From: Alphaproteobacteria bacterium
Lineage (GTDB): Bacteria; Pseudomonadota; Alphaproteobacteria; MPNO01; UBA830
Direction: 5' to 3'
DNA length: 64,000 nt
Assembly (NCBI GenBank): GCA_964291215.2
Contig: OZ219791.1
Span: 672,001-736,000 of the forward strand
Program-made: the position numbers and the translations under genes
The notes under the pieces: generated by a model
The model's input: the letters and a program-made list of their open reading frames with translations, nothing else
Database searches by the model: none
Told to the model about the DNA's origin: nothing
Shown here: positions 1 through 10,857 of the stretch, piece after piece
Numbering within the stretch: position 1 is the stretch's first letter
Layout of the letters: each line of letters starts with the position of its first letter

Positions 1-785
1 GGCGTGCGCGTCTGCGGCACGTTCGAGCCCCACATCATCAGGAAGGTGGCGTTGTACCAGTCCGCGCTTTCCGGAACGTCGGTCTGCTCGCCCCAGGTCT
101 GCGGGCTGGACGGCGGCAGATCGCAGTACCAGTCGTAGAAGCTCATACACACGCCGCCGATCAGTGATAGATAGCGCGAGCCGGCGGCGTAGGAGACCAT
201 CGACATCGCCGGAATCGGCGAAAAGCCGATGACGCGGTCGGGCCCGTGGGTCTTGACGGTGTAGAGGTTGGCCGCCGCCACGATTTCGTTGACCTCGTCC
301 CAGTCCGAGCGGACGAAGCCTCCCAGCCCGCGGACCTGCTGGTAGTCGTTGCGTTTCCCGGGATCCTCGACGATCGACGCCCAGGCCGCGACCGGCGCCA
401 AGGTCTTGCGTGCCTCGCGCCAGTGCCGGATCAGTCGGCTGCGCACAAGCGGATATTTCAGCCGGTTGGCGCTGTAGATGTACCAGGAATAGCTGGCGCC
501 GCGCGAACAGCCGCGGGGCTCGTGATTGGGCAGGTCCGGCCGCGTCCGCGGATAGTCGGTCTGCTGGGTCTCCCAGGTTATGATTCCGCCCTTGACGTAG
601 ATCTTCCAGCTGCACGAACCGGTGCAGTTCACGCCGTGGGTCGAGCGCACCACCTTGTCGTGCTGCCAGCGCGCGCGGTAGGCGTCCTCCCAGTCGCGAT
701 CCTCGTTGGTGACGATTCCGTGCCCGTCCGAGAAGGTGTCGACGGTCTTTCTGAAGAAGGTCAGCCGATCCAGGAAATGGCTCAT
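1..785 (-). CDS. narG: respiratory nitrate reductase alpha subunit, 5' part (runs off window edge)
   Basis: Manual translation [11 protein letters not shown]...[19 protein letters not shown]...[14 protein letters not shown] is the NarG N-terminal FS0 cluster motif; lies directly downstream of narK genes. Confidence 0.97.
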   Translation of the reverse strand, partial: MSHFLDRLTFFRKTVDTFSDGHGIVTNEDRDWEDAYRARWQHDKVVRSTHGVNCTGSCSWKIYVKGGIITWETQQTDYPRTRPDLPNHEPRGCSRGASYSWYIYSANRLKYPLVRSRLIRHWREARKTLAPVAAWASIVEDPGKRNDYQQVRGLGGFVRSDWDEVNEIVAAANLYTVKTHGPDRVIGFSPIPAMSMVSYAAGSRYLSLIGGVCMSFYDWYCDLPPSSPQTWGEQTDVPESADWYNATFLMMWGSNVPQTRT

Positions 786-798
786 CGGATCCGTCTCC

Positions 799-2406
799 CT
801 ACGGGTTTTTCACATACGCGTTCTTGCGCAGATAGAACCACCAGTTGATGCCGATGCACAGTGTGTAGAAGGCCGCGAAACCGTAGAGCGCGTACTCGGG
901 GGTGGTTGCCTTGATCTGCTCGCCGAACACCTTCGGTATGATGAAGGCGCCGTAGGCGGCGACCGCGGACGTCCAGCCGAGAACCGGGCCGGCCTGCACC
1001 TTGTCGAACACGATTGCGATGGTCCGGAAAGTCGAGCCGTTACCGATCCCGGTGGCAGCGAACAGGATCAGGAACAGGACCAGGAAGGGCAGGAAGTAGT
1101 CTTCGGGCGTCGGCGAGGCGTAGGCGAGCGACAGGAAATACGCGACCCCGAGGGCGCATACGACCATCACGACGGAAACGATCTGGGTGACCAGAGCGCC
1201 GCCGAGGCGGTCGGAGATCATGCCGCCGACGGGACGGATCAACGCGCCGATGAACGGCCCTGTCCATGCGTACATCAGCGCGCTCGGTCCGTTGGGGTTC
1301 TGCGTCGTGTGGGTGATCACTCCGTCAACCTCGATGTGCTGGAAGCCGAACACCACCTTGATCGCCAGACCGAAGGCCGCGGCGTAACCGATGAACGAGC
1401 CGAAGGTCATCGTGTAGATGACCGTCATTGCCCATGTGTGCTTGTTCCTGAATATCGCGTATTGCTGGTCGAGGCTTCGGCGGATCGTGCCGGGGATCAG
1501 CCGCAAGGCGAAGACCGTGGCGGCAATGACCAGCGGCAGCACAAGCCACTTGCTGAGTTCGAGCCCGGAGCCACCGGTCTTGGCCGGCAGCAGCAGCCAT
1601 AGTCCGGCCGCCGCGGTGACGAGCCCGATGGCAAGCATGCCGAGGATCTTGCCGAAAGCCGATGTGGTCGAGGTGAGGCCCGGCGAGACATGCTCCGCGG
1701 TGATGTTGTTCATGCCGAACCATGCGGTGATCACCAGCGGAACCAGGATGGCGACCCAGACATAGCCGGCGTTATGGATGTAGGTCTCCGTACCGGCGGG
1801 GATCTTGCCGATCAGCGTTCCAGAGCTGTTGGCAAGGATCAGTGCGGAGCCGCCGAAAATTCCGACGGTCATCACCAGCGGGACCAGGATCTGCATCGTG
1901 GTGACGCCGAAATTGCCCAGCCCCGCGTTCATGCCGAGGGAATAGCCTTGCACATGCTTGGGATAGAAGAAGGAGATGTTCGACATCGAAGAGGCGAAAT
2001 TGCCGCCGCCGAAGCCGGACAGCAGCGCCATCATCTGGAACTGCCATAACGGCGTGGTCGGGTTCTGCAGCAGAAATCCGGTTCCTGCCGCCGGGAGGAT
2101 CAGCAGCGCCGTGGTAAGGAAGATCGTGTTGCGGCCGCCGGCGATGCGGATGAAGAACGACGAGGGGATCCTCAGTGTGGCGCCGCTCAACCCGGCGATC
2201 GCAGCGAGGGTAAACAGTTCCGCCTGCGAGAACGGAAACTTCAGGTTGATCATCTGGACGGTGATGATCCCCCAGTACAGCCAGATCGCGAAGCCGGACA
2301 ACAGGCAGGGGATGGAGATCCACAAGTTGCGGGTCGCGATGCGCTTGCCTTCGGCCTGCCAGAAGGTCTCATCTTCCGGATTCCAGGTCGTCAGGTTCTT
2401 GGCCAT
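799..2406 (-). CDS. narK: NarK2-type nitrate/nitrite MFS transporter
   Basis: Start [16 protein letters not shown]; nitrate signature [19 protein letters not shown] and GIGNGSTF. Confidence 0.93.
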   Translation of the reverse strand: MAKNLTTWNPEDETFWQAEGKRIATRNLWISIPCLLSGFAIWLYWGIITVQMINLKFPFSQAELFTLAAIAGLSGATLRIPSSFFIRIAGGRNTIFLTTALLILPAAGTGFLLQNPTTPLWQFQMMALLSGFGGGNFASSMSNISFFYPKHVQGYSLGMNAGLGNFGVTTMQILVPLVMTVGIFGGSALILANSSGTLIGKIPAGTETYIHNAGYVWVAILVPLVITAWFGMNNITAEHVSPGLTSTTSAFGKILGMLAIGLVTAAAGLWLLLPAKTGGSGLELSKWLVLPLVIAATVFALRLIPGTIRRSLDQQYAIFRNKHTWAMTVIYTMTFGSFIGYAAAFGLAIKVVFGFQHIEVDGVITHTTQNPNGPSALMYAWTGPFIGALIRPVGGMISDRLGGALVTQIVSVVMVVCALGVAYFLSLAYASPTPEDYFLPFLVLFLILFAATGIGNGSTFRTIAIVFDKVQAGPVLGWTSAVAAYGAFIIPKVFGEQIKATTPEYALYGFAAFYTLCIGINWWFYLRKNAYVKNP

Positions 2407-2748
2407 TCCGTTGCCCTCTTCCTGCGAGCCTCTGGCAAGAATTTCCGCCGGAAGGCGGGAGCCGAGCAAGGCACCGGCCGAATTATAGGACGGGTCCAAT
2501 CGAGATCGAGGGGGGTGCCGGATTTTTTTGCACCGGCCGCCTTGCGTCCCGATTTTCAGTGAAGCGGACCAAACCGCGGGGTCGTGGAACGCGAAGGCGT
2601 ACCGGTGCCGCCGGGCTCGTCCCCGTGCCGGCCTCTGGCGTTCTGCGCCCCGTGGCGAGGCGTCCGGTTCCGACACCGCGGATGCGCGAAAGATCGGCTG
2701 GCGGCTCTTCTGAACCCGCCAACCGGCCTTCGGCCCGGCGCCATTTCC

Positions 2749-4095
2749 CTAGCCGGTCTTCGCCGATGGGCTGCCGACCGCGGGCGGTGGTTGCGGCCTG
2801 TCGGGCACATCGCTGAGATAGCGCTCCTCGACAAGCGCCGGATGACGGCGGCGCTCCATGAGGCGGATCGCCACATGCATCCAGACTGTGCTCACCAGCA
2901 CGATCACGAACAGGAGCATGAAGGAGCTCGTCCAGACGCCGAACCAGTCGTTCAGGATACCGAACATGATCGGCAACACGAAGCCGCCAAGACCGCCGAT
3001 CATGCCGACGAGCCCGCCGACCGAGCCCACATGATGCGGGTAGTACACCGGGATATGCTTGTAGACGGCGGCTTTGCCGAGCGACATCACGAAACCTAGC
3101 AGCACGCTGAGGATGACGAAGGCCGTCAGGCTGACGCCGAAGGTGAATTCGACCGGACTGTCGATCCCCTGGACGGTGTACTGAGTGTGCGGATAGCTCA
3201 TCACGAACAGGCACGCCAATGACACGATGAAGGTCAGGTACATGACGAATCGCGCTCCCCACTTGTCCGACATCCAGCCGCCGAGCGCGCGAAATACCGA
3301 ACCGGGCATCGAATAGGCTGCCGCCAGCATGCCGGCGGTTGCCAGCGGCAGGTCGTAGGCGCCGACATAGAAACGGGGGAGATAGGAGGCGAGCGCGACG
3401 AAACCGCCGAATACGAAGAAGTAGTAGGTGGCGAAACGCCAGACTTGGAGGTTCTTCAGCGGTTCAAGTTGCTCGCCCGTCGAGACCGGCTTGCGGCCCT
3501 CGCGCTTGCGCGCAACCTCCGAGGGGTCCGGCTTGGCCAGCAGGAAGAAGGCGACGGCAGTCAGCGCCAGCAGGACCGCATAGATCTGGGCGGTCTGCTC
3601 CCAGCCGAAGGCAAGCAGGAGGAACGGCGCGCCAAAGTTTGTGACTGCGGCGCCGACATTGCCGACCCCGAAGATGCCGAGCGCCGTGCCCTGGCGTTCC
3701 TTCTCGAACCATTGCGAGGTGTAGGCGATGCCGACGATGAACGACCCGCCGGCCAGTCCGACGCCGAGGGCGGCGACCAGGAACACCTCGTAGGTCTGTA
3801 CCTCGGACAACAGCCAGCAGGCCAGGGCTGTCGCCAGCATCTGGAGCGTGAAGACCACGCGGCCGCCATACTGTTCGGTCCAGACGCCGAGAAAGATACG
3901 GCTGATCGACCCGGTCAGGACAGGCGTTGCGACCAGCACCCCGAACTCGGTCTCAGACAGCCCCAGATCCTGCTTGATCTTGACGCCGATGATGGAAAAG
4001 ATCGTCCAGACGGCGAAGCACACGGTGAACGAAAATGTGCTCAATCCAAGCGCCCGGTACCGATCGCCCTTGGAGATGCCGGTGAGATCATGCAT
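2749..4095 (-). CDS. narK: NarK1-type nitrate/proton symporter
   Basis: MFS with FTVCFAVWTIFS, GVGNVGAA, GGLGGF motifs; tandem with second narK before narG. Confidence 0.9.
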   Translation of the reverse strand: MHDLTGISKGDRYRALGLSTFSFTVCFAVWTIFSIIGVKIKQDLGLSETEFGVLVATPVLTGSISRIFLGVWTEQYGGRVVFTLQMLATALACWLLSEVQTYEVFLVAALGVGLAGGSFIVGIAYTSQWFEKERQGTALGIFGVGNVGAAVTNFGAPFLLLAFGWEQTAQIYAVLLALTAVAFFLLAKPDPSEVARKREGRKPVSTGEQLEPLKNLQVWRFATYYFFVFGGFVALASYLPRFYVGAYDLPLATAGMLAAAYSMPGSVFRALGGWMSDKWGARFVMYLTFIVSLACLFVMSYPHTQYTVQGIDSPVEFTFGVSLTAFVILSVLLGFVMSLGKAAVYKHIPVYYPHHVGSVGGLVGMIGGLGGFVLPIMFGILNDWFGVWTSSFMLLFVIVLVSTVWMHVAIRLMERRRHPALVEERYLSDVPDRPQPPPAVGSPSAKTG

Positions 4096-4427
4096 AACGC
4101 GGGCTCCTCCTTCCGATCGCAAATCTCCGGGCGTTAGCCCACGGGCATGCGGCACGAGATCCAGGAGAAGATGACCTAGATTCGCCAGCGCCCGGTCCAG
4201 CTTCTGTTATATCGCACCTCCGTTCCTGTGTTCAACGCCCCATGAGAGCCGGTTGGCGCCGATCCCGTCGACCGTCCGGATTCGGCGGCCTCGACAGTGT
4301 CGTCGTTGCGGAAAAGCGCGTTGATCGGGGCGCGTTCAGGGCCCGGTGTGGCCTTCTCCGCTGTGAGAATCGCCGGCGCCTGTCCGGCAGCGGCCGTCTC
4401 TCGACGGCTCGCCGAAGAAGCCGCGGC

Positions 4428-6611
4428 CTATCTGTCGAGGGACGGCCTTCGGTCCAGCAGCCCGGCTGCAAGCTCGAACGCGTGCGCCGCCCGAAACACG
4501 GTTGCCTCGTCCCAGTGTTGTCCGGCTATCTGTGCGCCGATCGGCGTCCCATCCTCGAAAAGCCGGCCCGCACCACATGGCAGGGGTGGGCGGTAAGGTT
4601 GAACGGGATACCGATGGTCGGCGTGTCGATGAAGGGGAAGGGCTGGGCGTGCAGCGAGTCTAGCTGCTGATCTTGCGGGTGAAAGTCCCGCAATTCTCAG
4701 TTTGGCGCCGTAGCATTGGTTCAGGGGCGACCCTGGATCAGCGAGCTGGGACGTAGAAAGCCGTCGTGGGCTGGCTGGAACGCAGTGTCCAGCCGGTCCG
4801 GTCAGCCAGGGCGGCGAGCAAACCGGAGGGCGAAAGCGAACGGGAAGCCCCGAAATTCCCCACCCACACGAAGCTGATTTGTGGGATAGACGGCGAACGC
4901 CAAGGTTGCTACCCGATGGCCAGTGTCGATGCGGAAGAACTGAGGAACACGCATCGGGTTCCCCGGGGTACAGACGGCGGCAATTCGGGACAGATCAGCA
5001 GTGAAAGACCGGAAGGTGAGGAGGACAGACAGGATGAAGTGACCCGTCAAGGACCGCGTCTATAACCGGGAAAGGACGCGGAGTCCTCCTGACTGGCGGA
5101 TGAGGTCGCCTAAGCGTTGACGGGCGGGACAACACAACCCGTCCCGAGCGAGGACCTCAGGGCTCAGGTAGCCTATGCGGCAGGTCAAGCCGGTACGCAG
5201 ACCGACAGACTGCAAGGCCGAAGGACGGAGCAAACGCTCGGAGATGCCGTGGGTATGGTTGGGTCAGCCTTGACTATGGCGTGGGAAGGCTTCGCACCGA
5301 ACTCCAAGTGGGTGCCTGATGCTTGAACCGGGAAAACCGGACGTACGGAATTTTAGGGGGGCTGCTGGAAACGTGGTCTATGGCGATTCTGCGAACCCGC
5401 CCGCAATCGAAAGAGCGGTGACGGATAAAGCCTTCGCCTAAGGATGCGCGCGCCAGCGGCCTACCCGACGTCGTCGAACGGCGGGGCCGGCGTCAGCATC
5501 CCGGTGGTGGTGACGATGTCGCAGCGCGTGAGCACCGCCTCGAGCTCCGCAAGGAGTTCCGCCCGTCGGCGTTGCGCCTGGATGTAGGCGACGGCGCGGA
5601 GCAGGCTGCCCAGCATCAGCCGGTTGCGTGCGAGGCGGCCGTACTCCTCCCACCGGGTTTGCAGCCGTTCCTCATGGATCGCGAAGGCCTCGGCAGGCAC
5701 TAGAACGCGGCCGACCGTGTGCCAGTCCATCAGCGGAGAGAACGAAACCTCCTCCACCTCGGCGCCGAGCCCGGCGAGGGTTTCGGCGACCCCGTCGATC
5801 GCCGCTACGATCTCGGGCGGCGACGCGAAGTCGTCCGTGTAGAAGTGCCGGATCAGGCCGACCCTGAGGCCCCCGACCCCGCCCTCGAGACCGGCGATGT
5901 AGTCGGGCACCGCGACGTCGGCACTCATCGGGTCCCGCGGGTCGTGGCCGGCGAGGACCTGCAGCATGATGGCGGCGTCTTCGCTGGTGTAGGCCGTGGG
6001 GCCGACGCAGTCGAAGGAATAGGTCAGGGGCATGTCGCCATGGGCGCTGACCCGGCCGATGGAGGGCTTCAGGCCGACGATGCTGCAGAAGGCGGCCGGC
6101 AGCCGGATCGAACCGCCGGCGTCGGTTCCGATCGCGCCGAGACAGAGCCCGGCGGCGGCGGCGGCGCCCGACCCGCTCGACGAGCCGCCGGTGATGCGCC
6201 CGGCGTCCCAGGGGTTGAGCGCAGGCGGAAAGGGAGGCTCGCTCGAGGGTCTGCCGCCGAAGGTGAACTCGTAGGTATTGAGCTGGCCGAGGAGCACGGC
6301 GCCGCCCGTCTTTAGCCGCGTGATCACGCCCGCGTCCTCGTCGGCTTCGAAGTCGATCATCACGCGCGAGTAGGAGGTAGTCTTCCTGCCCTTCCAATAG
6401 AAGGCGTCCTTGAGCGCGATCGGAATGCCATGGAGAGGGCCCAAATCGACGCCGCGGCCGCCTCCTCGGCAAAGACCCGGTGGTAGGCATGGAGAGCCGG
6501 GTCGTAGCGCTCGATGCGTTCCAGGCAGAGCGCGGTGAGATCCACCGGCGACAGCGTGCCGTCGCGGAAACTGTGTGCGGCCTCCGCGATAGTCGGCAGT
6601 TCAGCGGTCAT
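4428..6611 (-). pseudogene. amidase-signature enzyme disrupted by a group II intron and two frameshifts
   Basis: GPLHGIPIALKD, GGSSSGS, GTDAGGSIRLPA motifs; frameshift near 6450; removing 4649-5469 rejoins PPFDD|AQPFPF in frame; further frameshift near 4557 before DGTPIGAQIAG..DEATVFRAAHAFE. Confidence 0.88.
4649..5469 (+). mobile_element. ORF-less group II intron, antisense to host amidase gene
   Basis: 5' GTGCAG, D5-like GAACCGGGAAAACCGGACGTACGGAATTTTAGGGGG (~5326-5360), long D6 ending CTACCCGAC; exact excision restores host frame; no RT ORF. Confidence 0.88.
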
Positions 6612-6798
6612 CCGCGGGCGCCCGAGGCGTGTAGTGCGGGAGCATCCGAACCTCCCAGCTTCGTCCGGGCAGGCGAGTGCGCTCGGCCAGCTTCATCAGC
6701 GTGCCGTAGGTCTTGCGGAGATCTTCCTTCTCCTCCTTCGAGACCGGCACGCCGGAGGCGTCGATCAGCGCTTCGAACATCGCATCATGATCCGCCAT
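6601..6798 (-). CDS. small 65-aa protein between two amidases (possible AtzG/GatC-like partner)
   Basis: MADHDAMFEALIDASG...; GGAGGGG RBS upstream; stop overlaps start of the downstream amidase. Confidence 0.6.
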   Translation of the reverse strand: MADHDAMFEALIDASGVPVSKEEKEDLRKTYGTLMKLAERTRLPGRSWEVRMLPHYTPRAPADDR

Positions 6799-6809
6799 CT
6801 CGCCCCTCC

Positions 6810-8240
6810 TCAACCCGCCGGATCGATCGGTGTCTCGATGGACGCGTGCGCCTCGACCACCTCGCCGGCCGCCAGCAGGCGCTCCTCGCCGAAGCGGGCG
6901 GAAACGATCTGAACGCCCGTCGGCACGCCGCCAGCCGTGCTCGTGGGCACGGAGAGCCCCGGCAGGCCGAGCAGCGACACCGCGAGCATCGGGCGGTGCG
7001 CCTCGAGCATCTCGAGCACTGCCTTGTCGCCCTTCTGGTCATGGTCGATCGGATAGGGGAGTTGCCAGGAGACCGGCATTACGAGAATCGGCCAGCGCGC
7101 GAAGAACGCGTTCCATTCGCGAAGGATGGTGGTCCGGGTAGCGAGCGCACGGACATAGCTCTCGTAGTCGAGATCGCCGGCATAGGCGCGGACCGACGCA
7201 CGGGCGCGCCTGACCGCCTCGTCGCCGAATCGTTCGATCGCGCTCGACGAGGCGGCGCGTTCGGCCGGTGTGGCCGCTCGCTCCTCGGCCATCAGAATCG
7301 GCCAGAACAGGCCCGAAACCTCGTCGAGCCTGGGCGGAGCGCTCTCCTCGACCTCATAGCCCGCATTTTCGAGCCACGCGCCGGCACTGCGAACTGCCTC
7401 GGCAACCGCCGGATCGGCGTCCGCGCCGGAAAGGGACGGCAGGATCGCAGCCCTGCACGGGCCTGCGTCTACGCCCGCTCCGAGCGGGACCGGAACCGAC
7501 CACGGATCCCGTGAATCGGGCGCGGCCAGCGCCTCGAGACCGAGGCGGACATCGCGGACCGAGCGCGCCAGCGGACCGTGGACGCTCGTCATCTGCGAGG
7601 AGATGCCGCGTTCCTCGGCAGCCGACGGGTTGAAATCGGGCACCCGGCCGAGACTCGGGCGCAGGCCGGCGACGCCGCAGGTGTAGGCCGGATACCTCAC
7701 CGACCCGGCGCGGTCGTTGCCGTGCCCGATCGGGCCGATCCCGGCGGCCACGGCGGCCGCCGCGCCGCCGCTCGAGCCTCCCGGCGTGCGGCCCGCATCC
7801 CACGGGTTGAGCGTCCGCCCGTGCAGGTCGTTGTCGGTGAAATAGCGGGTCGAGAAACCCGGGACGTTGGTCCGTCCGAGAATCACCGCACCCGCCTTGC
7901 GCAGGTTGGCTACCGGAGCGCTGTCTTCCGCGGCCGTCATGTCGGCGAACGCAACCACGCCGTTGGTTGTTGCCCGGCCGGCATAGTCGACATTGATCTT
8001 GACCGTTACCGGCACCCCATGGAGAACGCCGGATACCTCGCCGCGGCGCACCGCCTCGTCCGCACGGTCTGCGGCCGCCAGCGCTTGCTCGGCGAGCACA
8101 TCGACGACGGCGTTGATCACCGGATTGACCGCTTCGAGCCGCGTGAGGCAGCTCTCCGTCGCCTCGCGGCTCGATATCGCGCCCGTTCGGATGCTGCGGA
8201 CCAGCTGCTCGGCCGTCCAGCGCCAGAGTTCGTCACCCAT
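6810..8240 (-). CDS. amidase-signature family enzyme
   Basis: LHGVPVTVK, PGGSSGGAAAA, GNDRAGSVRYPA motifs; AAGGA RBS before MGDELWRW. Confidence 0.92.
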   Translation of the reverse strand: MGDELWRWTAEQLVRSIRTGAISSREATESCLTRLEAVNPVINAVVDVLAEQALAAADRADEAVRRGEVSGVLHGVPVTVKINVDYAGRATTNGVVAFADMTAAEDSAPVANLRKAGAVILGRTNVPGFSTRYFTDNDLHGRTLNPWDAGRTPGGSSGGAAAAVAAGIGPIGHGNDRAGSVRYPAYTCGVAGLRPSLGRVPDFNPSAAEERGISSQMTSVHGPLARSVRDVRLGLEALAAPDSRDPWSVPVPLGAGVDAGPCRAAILPSLSGADADPAVAEAVRSAGAWLENAGYEVEESAPPRLDEVSGLFWPILMAEERAATPAERAASSSAIERFGDEAVRRARASVRAYAGDLDYESYVRALATRTTILREWNAFFARWPILVMPVSWQLPYPIDHDQKGDKAVLEMLEAHRPMLAVSLLGLPGLSVPTSTAGGVPTGVQIVSARFGEERLLAAGEVVEAHASIETPIDPAG

Positions 8241-8858
8241 GTCCGTCCTTTCCTTCCGGCGTCCCGTCGTCCAGCGGCGGTCCTCCATCGGGGGCCTTCC
8301 GTGTCCGGTCCTCGGTCCGATCCTGTTTTTGGGGCCGGTTCACAGCCGGAACCTTATTAAGCCACATCCGGCCCAAAAGTCACCCGCGCGGTACGGAGTG
8401 CCCTCCGCGGACTGCGGGGATATCTCAAACGCGTTCGGCGCCCCTTTCCGCGGGCCGGTATCGCAGCCGCCGGCAAGAGGAATTCTTGTTGAGTGGATCA
8501 GGCAACATCTTCACATCAAGGCGCCTTTCGAGATGTCGCAGGGGTGGCGCGATGCGGATTTCCGGCGCATGCCGGAAGAGACGCAGAACGCTCACCCGGA
8601 GGGTGAACCTTTGAAACTGTCACATCCTTAGCCATCCGTCAGAAGTAATGGACTTTCCCGATTCGGGCACTCTCGCCAACCGGTGTTTTCAGGTTCATGT
8701 TCGCCCTGGTCGTATCCGTCCCGTGCTCATGAAAAGGCAAGCGGATAGCGTGGCCGTGCGTTCGATGCGTTCGTTTCGGGCCATTCGGAGCTACGGCAAG
8801 GAAGGTCAAGCGCACCCGCCTCAGTCGCAGGTGCCGGCGCCGCGAAAGGAGAGACCGA

Positions 8859-9070
8859 ATGACCCGCCGCCGTCTTCCGATCGGGATCCAGGACTTCCGG
8901 CGCCTCCGGGAGACCGGCAGCTACTATGTCGACAAGACCCCGCTCATCCGGGATCTGGTCGAGCAGGGCGACTACTACTTCCTGTCCCGTCCGCGCCGCT
9001 TCGGCAAGAGCCTGCTGCTCGACACGCTGGGGTCGCTGTTCGCCTGTCACGAACCCCTGTTCCGGGTTCC
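8859..9070 (+). pseudogene. N-terminal fragment of AAA-ATPase-like/PD-(D/E)XK nuclease protein
   Basis: LPIGIQDFRRLR..YYVDKT..YFLSRPRRFGKSL Walker A; similarity ends at the G14 tract. Confidence 0.85.
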
Positions 9071-9146
9071 GGGGGGGGGGGGGGCAAGTCTCGTATGTCA
9101 GTTGTGGGCTCATTTCCGTTTGTTCATCTCATGCGGCCAGTGCCGG

Positions 9147-10312
9147 GGTGTGATTTGGGCTGATGTTGTCATTGGCTGGTGCGTCGTTTGCACCGATCAT
9201 GGCCGTCCACGCGCTCTCGAAGCGGCCGGATTTGAGCAGGGCGTGGAAGGTGATTGTCCGCCGACGATGCGCCAGCGCATGCCGGAGCGTTTCATGCGCT
9301 GTGTGACGAGGGTCTTGTTTGCTGCCTCGACAAGCCGATCGCGTTTGCTTGTTGCTTCAGCGCGTGGTAGCGCATGCGATGGCGATGCTTGCGGAAGAAG
9401 GCCAGTTCGCTGTCGATGTCGGCTCGGGCCGCTGGCGCGGCAGTGTCGCGAAGGTGGCGCAGCGCCCGGATCCCCCTGTCGATGCCGCGGGGGTCGTGAC
9501 GCAGGATCTCGCGGCACTTCTCGAACCAGTGGGGCGCCGCTGCATGGTTGGCCGCCACGCGCAGATGCTCGCAGGCATACCTCGGTTTTGGGCTCAAGAC
9601 CCCTGAGGAAGGTCCAGTTGTCGGCAGCGGCGTCGGCGACGGCGCTGATCCCGATATCGGGACGCCACCGCCTGATATGCTCGACCTCGTTTGCGAGCTG
9701 CGCCTTCAGCGTGTGCTTTCGGCCCTCGGGCATGCGGCCGAGATAGACGGTCTTCAGGCGTCCACCGTCGGCGTCGTGGAAGGAGACTGTGCCACAGGCC
9801 GCCTCGCGCCAGCAGGCCTCAGAACAGCCGTCCTCGCCGGCCCGCAGCGCCACCATGACGCCGTCCAGCGAGGCGGTGACCGCGTCTTGCGGGATGTCGG
9901 CTTCCCGGATGCCGTCCAGGGTTTGCGGGGCGAGACTTTCCCAGCGGTCCTGCATGGTCAGGCTCAGGCGCTGCAAGGTGCTCGCCGACGGCGTCATGGC
10001 ACCGAGATTGCTGAAGAACGTCTCCGCTTCCCGCGCCGTGCAGTGGCCCATCATCAGCCCAAGCCGTCGGCCGTGTCAGGTAGTCGTCGACGAGGCTTTC
10101 GTCCACCGGCATCAGCGACTGGCGGCGCGCGTCGGTGCGGTAGCGCGCACGCCGAAAGGTCACCGCGCCGAGTGAGGTCATGATCGTCTTCGGCGCCGCA
10201 CGGAACCAGCCGTCTCGCTCGATCCGGGGCGCACCGTCGTCCCGGGCCTCGGCGCAGGCACCCAGGATCTCGCAGCGTGTACACGCTCTCACGCACCCGC
10301 CGCTCCGTTTCC
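9147..10312 (-). mobile_element. degenerate ISKra4-like transposase
   Basis: Fragments in several frames: SLDGVMV, GTVSFHD..GRMPE, ADAAADNW, ACEHL, VEAANKTLVTQRMKRSGMRW. Confidence 0.75.
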
Positions 10313-10439
10313 GTAAGCGTTCGGTCATGCAGTGATAGAGGCATCATGGAACTGGGCGAATGCGGGCGAGACCCGGAGCATGTGCGTGGTTGCCACCGTC
10401 ATTCTTACCATGATCACCTCTTGTTGATCGAACACTTGC
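10313..10439. mobile_element. ~125-bp MITE with IS66-type GTAAGCGTTC ends (copy 1)
   Basis: GTAAGCGTTCGGTCA ... TGATCGAACACTTGC imperfect TIR; internal similarity to 12385-12507. Confidence 0.75.
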
Positions 10440-10509
10440 GATTGAAGGGTGCTTCGGAGCCTGAAGGCCGGAACACGGACCAGGGACCAGCGCCTTGGTC
10501 AGGCCGGCG

Positions 10510-10780
10510 AGATGAGGACATGTCCGGCCTTCGACGCCATCACCGCATGCCGCGTCATGAGCGTCGAGTGTCTCGCACGCTCATGAGCCCGATCACGCCG
10601 GCAAACCGCATCGTCCACCAAGGACGAGACCTCGACATCCACGGGTCCGGCCGACAGTGCCCGGTGCGTGGACCTCCCGATCCCGAACCAGCCATCGAAG
10701 CCTTCGCCATCGAGGTCGCACGCCTGGCAGGCCTCACCCCGGGTCAGGCGTCGCGATTGCCGACCTGGTGCTGTCTGGCG
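10510..10780 (+). mobile_element. IS4-family transposase C-terminal remnant
   Basis: PDPEPAIEAFAIEVARLAG resembles PDPEPTIEAFAINTARVAGF at ~15000. Confidence 0.6.
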
Positions 10781-10857
10781 TAGAGTGCCGTCATGTCGAC
10801 TACCTTCCCTCTTCCGGCCCGTGAGCGCGATGTCCGTCGGGACGCCGGGAGTGTTTC

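Noticed and set aside
4096-4330. FNR/NnrR box upstream of narK-narG
   Set aside because: Best candidate ATGACCTAGATTCG matches TTGAT-N4-ATCAA too poorly
8485-8530. WIRQHLHIKA resembling an IS4 transposase motif
   Set aside because: Too short to support a call
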